Shown: positions 59,768 through 64,000 of the stretch, piece after piece | Layout: every line of letters begins with the position of its first letter | How positions within the stretch are numbered: the stretch's first letter is position 1 | Source: an uncultured virus (IMG/VR IMGVR_UViG_3300042564_005465) | Lineage: Duplodnaviria > Heunggongvirae > Uroviricota > Caudoviricetes | DNA length: 64,000 bases | IMG/VR virus record: IMGVR_UViG_3300042564_005465 | Strand: one strand, 5' to 3' | Notes under the pieces: generated by a model | Told to the model about the DNA's origin: nothing | The model's input: only the letters and a program-made list of their open reading frames with translations | Database searches by the model: none | Position numbers and translations under genes: made by a program

Positions 59768-61096
59768 GTGAGCCTTCCTTATATCGCCGGACGTGACTTC
59801 CTTACTATCATGCACAACGGGGTAACCCATACTGTGCGTGAAGGCATGACCAACTACTTCAGCCTACGTGAAGCTGTTCGAGCCAAGGAGTGGGACCGTG
59901 TTCCTGATCTTCTTAGCCCAGCAAAGGCAGTTGAAACCTTTGGTGCTGGCACCATCAAAGTCGTGGATGGTGAAGTGCTGATGAATGGTCAGCCGCTGCA
60001 CAATGCTGTGACCCAGCGCATTCTGGAAATGGTAAGCGATGGCTTTGATGCTGCGCCGCTGACCCGCTTCCTGGAGAAGCTGATGCAGAACCCCAGCCGA
60101 ATTGCTGTTACTGAACTCTACGATTGGCTGGAGCGCACCAGCCTGCCCATTACTGAAGATGGTGACTTCCTGGCCTACAAGAAGGTGCGAGACGATTACG
60201 GCAGTTTTCATGACTATGGCAAGACCATGAACCGAGTGGGCGATAAGCCCAGCATGCCTCGCAATCAGGTGGATGACGTTCGGGACCGCACTTGCAGCTA
60301 CGGACTCCACTTCTGCAGCCTCAGCTACCTCCCTTGCTATCACGGTGGTCAAGGGCGTGTGATGATCGTGAAGATCAACCCCGCTGATGTAGTGAGCATC
60401 CCAAGCGACTACGACTTTGCCAAAGGCCGGGCCTGCACATATGAGGTAATTAGTGAGCACACTGCTGGTGAGGATCGCGAAGCGTTCTCTTCTCCGGTGG
60501 TTTCCAACCAGGGTGAGCCAGTGAAGAACGCTCGCACCAACACCTCAACTGCACAGGCTACGGCTGTGCTGGGTGTGGAGTTTGGGAACGCTGCTCGTGC
60601 AAAGCTGGTACAAGGGCTGGTGGATCAGGTTTCTCAACGCTACAGCGCAGGTCAAACCCGCAACCCAGAACAGGGTCGTGTGGATGGCTTTGACGATGCC
60701 TGGGACAACCGTGCACCTGACCTTGGACGATACCAAGGTAATGTCACCCGTGAGGCAGTGGACTACGCTCGGAGTTATTTCGAAGGCTACGACAAGTGCC
60801 GTGGAAACTCCAGCACTGTGACCACACCAGCGCCAACGGCAACAGTGGCTGACACTGGAATTTCTGTCGAGGACTTTGAGTATGAAGACGAGATCCAGCA
60901 GGCAGAGATCATCCGAGTGCTGAGCATGCCTGTGGGTTACCGCAAGCATGGTTACGACAATGGGTGGGATGAAGGCAACGTTGCTGGATGTAACCATGGT
61001 AAGGTTGGGCACTTCAATCTCTATGGTGCAGAAGAGGGCGGAAAAGGGTATCGGCGAGGCTACATTGACGGTTACCTCACTGGCTTCAACTTTTAA
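59768..61096 (+). CDS. rIIB: rIIB-like protein
   Basis: F...LMQNPS, LPITEDG.FLAYK.V, MPRNQVDD, CS.GLH, KINPADVVSIP.DY. Confidence 0.92.
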   Translation: MSLPYIAGRDFLTIMHNGVTHTVREGMTNYFSLREAVRAKEWDRVPDLLSPAKAVETFGAGTIKVVDGEVLMNGQPLHNAVTQRILEMVSDGFDAAPLTRFLEKLMQNPSRIAVTELYDWLERTSLPITEDGDFLAYKKVRDDYGSFHDYGKTMNRVGDKPSMPRNQVDDVRDRTCSYGLHFCSLSYLPCYHGGQGRVMIVKINPADVVSIPSDYDFAKGRACTYEVISEHTAGEDREAFSSPVVSNQGEPVKNARTNTSTAQATAVLGVEFGNAARAKLVQGLVDQVSQRYSAGQTRNPEQGRVDGFDDAWDNRAPDLGRYQGNVTREAVDYARSYFEGYDKCRGNSSTVTTPAPTATVADTGISVEDFEYEDEIQQAEIIRVLSMPVGYRKHGYDNGWDEGNVAGCNHGKVGHFNLYGAEEGGKGYRRGYIDGYLTGFNF

Positions 61097-61106
61097 CAAC
61101 ACAAGC

Positions 61107-61140
61107 TGGGGGAAGCACCAAGCTTCCCCCACAACCTTTG
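61107..61140 (+). terminator. Hairpin after rIIB
   Basis: TGGGGGAAGC-ACCAA-GCTTCCCCCA. Confidence 0.6.
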
Positions 61141-61153
61141 AAAGGTCTCCCTT

Positions 61154-61684
61154 ATGTTTGTTTGGGAATTTCTAGCAGTTGGGGCTCTGGGCTTTTGGCT
61201 GCTGCTGGTGCTGAGTGCCATTCTCATGAGTGAGATGCTGGACAACGATGCACCAGGTTGGGCAACCATTGTTGCTATCGTGACTATGGCTGTGTTGGTT
61301 GTGTTTGGTGGCTTAAACCCCATCTCATACCTAACTGCACATCCTGGTGAGATTGTGCTGGGAATTGCAGCTTACTTCTTTGCTGGTGCTGTGTGGAGTT
61401 TGGTCAAATGGTATTTTTGGCTGGTCAAGCTGCGTCGGCGAATTGATGCCGGCGAGACGCAAGAACGTGTGCTCTATACTGCAGGTGTGCGTCAGTTTCC
61501 TCCAAACCCTGGCGATCACAAAAGTCGGATCATTGGATGGATTGCACTTTGGCCTGCCAGCATGCTGTGGACCGTTATCAACGATCCGGTTCGGCGCGCT
61601 GCGGAAGAGATCTACGCTCGTCTAGGTGGCACTTATCAAAGGATCAGCAACCGGGTGTTTCAAGGCTACAACAAAAAGGACTAA
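61154..61684 (+). CDS. Membrane protein
   Basis: Three TMs; K.RIIGWIALWP motif. Confidence 0.7.
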   Translation: MFVWEFLAVGALGFWLLLVLSAILMSEMLDNDAPGWATIVAIVTMAVLVVFGGLNPISYLTAHPGEIVLGIAAYFFAGAVWSLVKWYFWLVKLRRRIDAGETQERVLYTAGVRQFPPNPGDHKSRIIGWIALWPASMLWTVINDPVRRAAEEIYARLGGTYQRISNRVFQGYNKKD

Positions 61685-61702
61685 TCTAAGAGGATATTGT
61701 TA

Positions 61703-61737
61703 AAATGGGGATGAGCAATCATCCCCATCCTTTTTTG
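61703..61737 (+). terminator. Intrinsic terminator
   Basis: ATGGGGATGA-GCAA-TCATCCCCAT followed by a T-run. Confidence 0.75.
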
Positions 61738-62022
61738 ACCAGTCTCCTAATATTTTCACATAAAGGATACGCACAGCTACGCCCAGTAGTTTTTGAATTT
61801 GGGTGTGTAGGTCATGTGTTCGATCAAGAGCGAATACCAAAGACTTCTGTGTCTTGTCACCAAGTTCAACTAATACAATATAATAATACAAGGGCAGTCT
61901 CCCCTGGTGATTTAACCATATTGGCTATTTAAATTTTTCAAAAGCCGTGGAATTTCAATTTAAATATCCTGCAGGTTGCCAAGTGCAGCCTTCTCATTAC
62001 ATTGAAATTTCCATAGGCACTG

Positions 62023-63813
62023 ATGACCCAATCCCTCTCTGAAGTTGATGCTACACAAATTGAAACTTGGCAACTGTTGGTGCCGCACATCAAAAAACCA
62101 ATTCCCAGTTGTCCACGATACACTGAACGACTTCTGCAAGAAATAGAGCTCATTACAGAACAGAGATTTGCGCCGCATTTTTTGCGGGTCTTGGAAATTT
62201 TGAATCTCACAAAGGATTTGCCACACATTACTCGAGGAAGTGCTGGCAGCTCACTGGTATGCTATCTTTTGGGAATTACTAATGTGGATCCTGTTGAGCA
62301 CAATATTCCCTTAGCACGATTTATCAACCCCTTGCGTGATGATTTGCCTGACGTTGACATAGATTTCAGCGCCAAGTTTCACAAAGAAGTATTGAATCGG
62401 ATCTACGCCCACTGGCCTGGCCGTGCTGCTCGCCTCAGCAACTATGTGAAATACCAACAAAAGAGTGCTGAGAAAGAGGCACTCAAGAGGGTATGTGGTA
62501 TCAAAGGCAAGCGTGTTAAAAACAACAAGCCCATTGAGTTGGTTCCTGATCATCAAAAAGCCGAATGGAAAAAACTCACCAATAGGCTGATAGGCAAAAA
62601 GAAAAGTATTTCAAAACACCCTGGTGGTGTAGTGGTTTTTGAACAACCCCCAGCACCAAGTTTGGTGTTAAAAAAAGACAACCAAATCTTACTTGACAAA
62701 TATGAGGTGGAAGACCTTGCACTTTTGAAGGTGGATGTGCTCAGCAACAGAGGGCTAAGTGTGCTGTGGGACTGTGACAAAAAGGGTGCATTTGACTATC
62801 CATTGGATTGTGATCTCACATTTGACATGCTCAGCGGAGGCGACAGCATTGGGGTTGTGCAAGGCGAAAGTCCTGTTATGCGACGCACCCTCAAGGGTTT
62901 GAGGCCCAGTTGTGTGAGCGATCTCACACTAGCTACAGCACTTATTCGGCCAGCAGCACTTACTGGGCGTCAAAAAGGTGTGTTTTTTCGAGAGTGGATT
63001 GGACACAACGGGAGGCCCGGAAAACTGCAACACAAAGGTGGTTTGATCTTTGATGAAGATGCTATTGAACTCATCTGCGATATTTTGAAATGCAACCCTT
63101 TTGAAGCTGATATGTATCGTAGAGGCTTTGTGAAGAAAAACGAAGAAATGATGTTTGATTTCATTGGGAAAATTGGTGAGAATCCGCAGAAAACTGAGAT
63201 TTTGAAGCTGTTGTCAAACATGGATGGATTTGGTTTATGCAAGGCACACAGCATCAACCTAGCTCATCTCATCTACGCACAAGCTTATGAGAAACAGCAT
63301 CACCCCAAGAGATTTTGGCTAGCTGTTCTTCAAAACGCTTGCAGCATGTATCGTCCTTGGGTGCACATTGAGGGTGCTAAAAAAGTTGGTTGGAAAATTG
63401 AAGGCAAGGGTCGACCTTGGAAGGTTGATGGTGATACTCTCTACAATGATCTGTGGACAGTGCCACTTTTTGAAAGCCACATTGATCAAATGGCCAAAAT
63501 GGGATTTTGGACACACAGCAGTTGGATGCCTGGCTGCTATTACCAAGAGTTTGGTGACACTGTTACACTTTGTGGGCTGGTAGCTGCACACAGATGCTAT
63601 CACAAGGGCAGTGGTGAGTTTGTGACATTTTGTACGCTGGGCGTGGGGCCTGGTCAATTTGCTGAGGTTGTGTTGCCTGGTATGGTGGGTTTGAAAAACA
63701 AATCTGTGGTTGACTTGGTGGGAAAGCTGAACATTATCAATGGTGTTGCCAGCATAACTGCACAAAAATTCAACACATATACCATTTGGGAACATGCCAA
63801 AAATTTAGGTTGA
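62023..63813 (+). CDS. dnaE: DNA polymerase III alpha-like (family C), lacking the PHP domain
   Basis: RGSAGSSLVCYLLGIT.VDP, RF..P.R...PDVDIDF, HPGG, KVDVL, IRP, KAHS. Confidence 0.92.
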   Translation: MTQSLSEVDATQIETWQLLVPHIKKPIPSCPRYTERLLQEIELITEQRFAPHFLRVLEILNLTKDLPHITRGSAGSSLVCYLLGITNVDPVEHNIPLARFINPLRDDLPDVDIDFSAKFHKEVLNRIYAHWPGRAARLSNYVKYQQKSAEKEALKRVCGIKGKRVKNNKPIELVPDHQKAEWKKLTNRLIGKKKSISKHPGGVVVFEQPPAPSLVLKKDNQILLDKYEVEDLALLKVDVLSNRGLSVLWDCDKKGAFDYPLDCDLTFDMLSGGDSIGVVQGESPVMRRTLKGLRPSCVSDLTLATALIRPAALTGRQKGVFFREWIGHNGRPGKLQHKGGLIFDEDAIELICDILKCNPFEADMYRRGFVKKNEEMMFDFIGKIGENPQKTEILKLLSNMDGFGLCKAHSINLAHLIYAQAYEKQHHPKRFWLAVLQNACSMYRPWVHIEGAKKVGWKIEGKGRPWKVDGDTLYNDLWTVPLFESHIDQMAKMGFWTHSSWMPGCYYQEFGDTVTLCGLVAAHRCYHKGSGEFVTFCTLGVGPGQFAEVVLPGMVGLKNKSVVDLVGKLNIINGVASITAQKFNTYTIWEHAKNLG

Positions 63814-63864
63814 CTGGTTCTTCAACTCTGCTATAACTACGCGATGAAGCAGAGGAGAGCAATA

Positions 63865-64000
63865 GTGAACAAATCTCACAAGCTGGTGGCTACAGCCCCT
63901 CGCAAGCCTCGCCGAGCAATGGAGCTGTTCTCTGACGCGAGGTTTCAGCCGCGTGTAGTGAAATCCAAGCGTGCTTACACCCGCCGGCCCCGCAACAACC
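63865..64000 (+). CDS. ArfA-like ribosome-rescue peptide (3'-truncated)
   Basis: GAGGAG RBS; LFSDARFQPRVVKSKRAYTRRPR resembles ArfA LFRQRVEKNKKGKGSY.RK. Confidence 0.55.
   Translation, partial: MNKSHKLVATAPRKPRRAMELFSDARFQPRVVKSKRAYTRRPRNN

Noticed and set aside
1..64000. Alternative genetic code (stop-codon reassignment)
   Set aside because: Conserved genes are full length in code 11 and end with TAA, TAG and TGA.

Overview
This window looks like part of a jumbo (T4-superfamily-like) bacteriophage genome, probably infecting an alphaproteobacterium (inferred from DnaK, RpiB and HldD sequence style and GCTATA-type sigma70 promoters). Phage hallmarks are rIIA/rIIB, a PHP-less DnaE polymerase, a tail-fibre-like beta-helix protein, TAAATA late-promoter boxes and a dense early region (48.4-57.6 kb) of small ORFs with repeated TTGACA-N16/17-TATAAT promoters. 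Host-like genes cover chaperones and proteolysis (dnaK, clpX, clpS, hsp20), translation (infC, rpsU, ArfA-like, YafQ-like), RNA repair (CCA enzyme, 2H phosphoesterase, cyclic-phosphate receiver, Ro/TROVE-like vWA protein), ADP-heptose/surface glycan synthesis (hldD, split hldE, rpiB, glycosyltransferases), queD, dut and an outer-membrane beta-barrel. The most unusual structures are: (1) two arrays of LRR genes chained by an invariant ATGGTAR stop/start overlap and a conserved C-terminal tail, with hypervariable 63-bp repeats and a relic tail heading one array; (2) three stem-loop RNAs sharing a T[AT]C[AC]GCAA motif, one with a T-arm, upstream of the Ro-like gene; (3) a stem-closed RNA with exact 7-nt TTG periodicity after a coiled-coil gene; (4) a set of late, mostly leaderless genes with an M[RL]Ix[DE][LI] N-terminus that encode toxin-like domains. 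All protein assignments come from motif recognition by eye; no searches were run.
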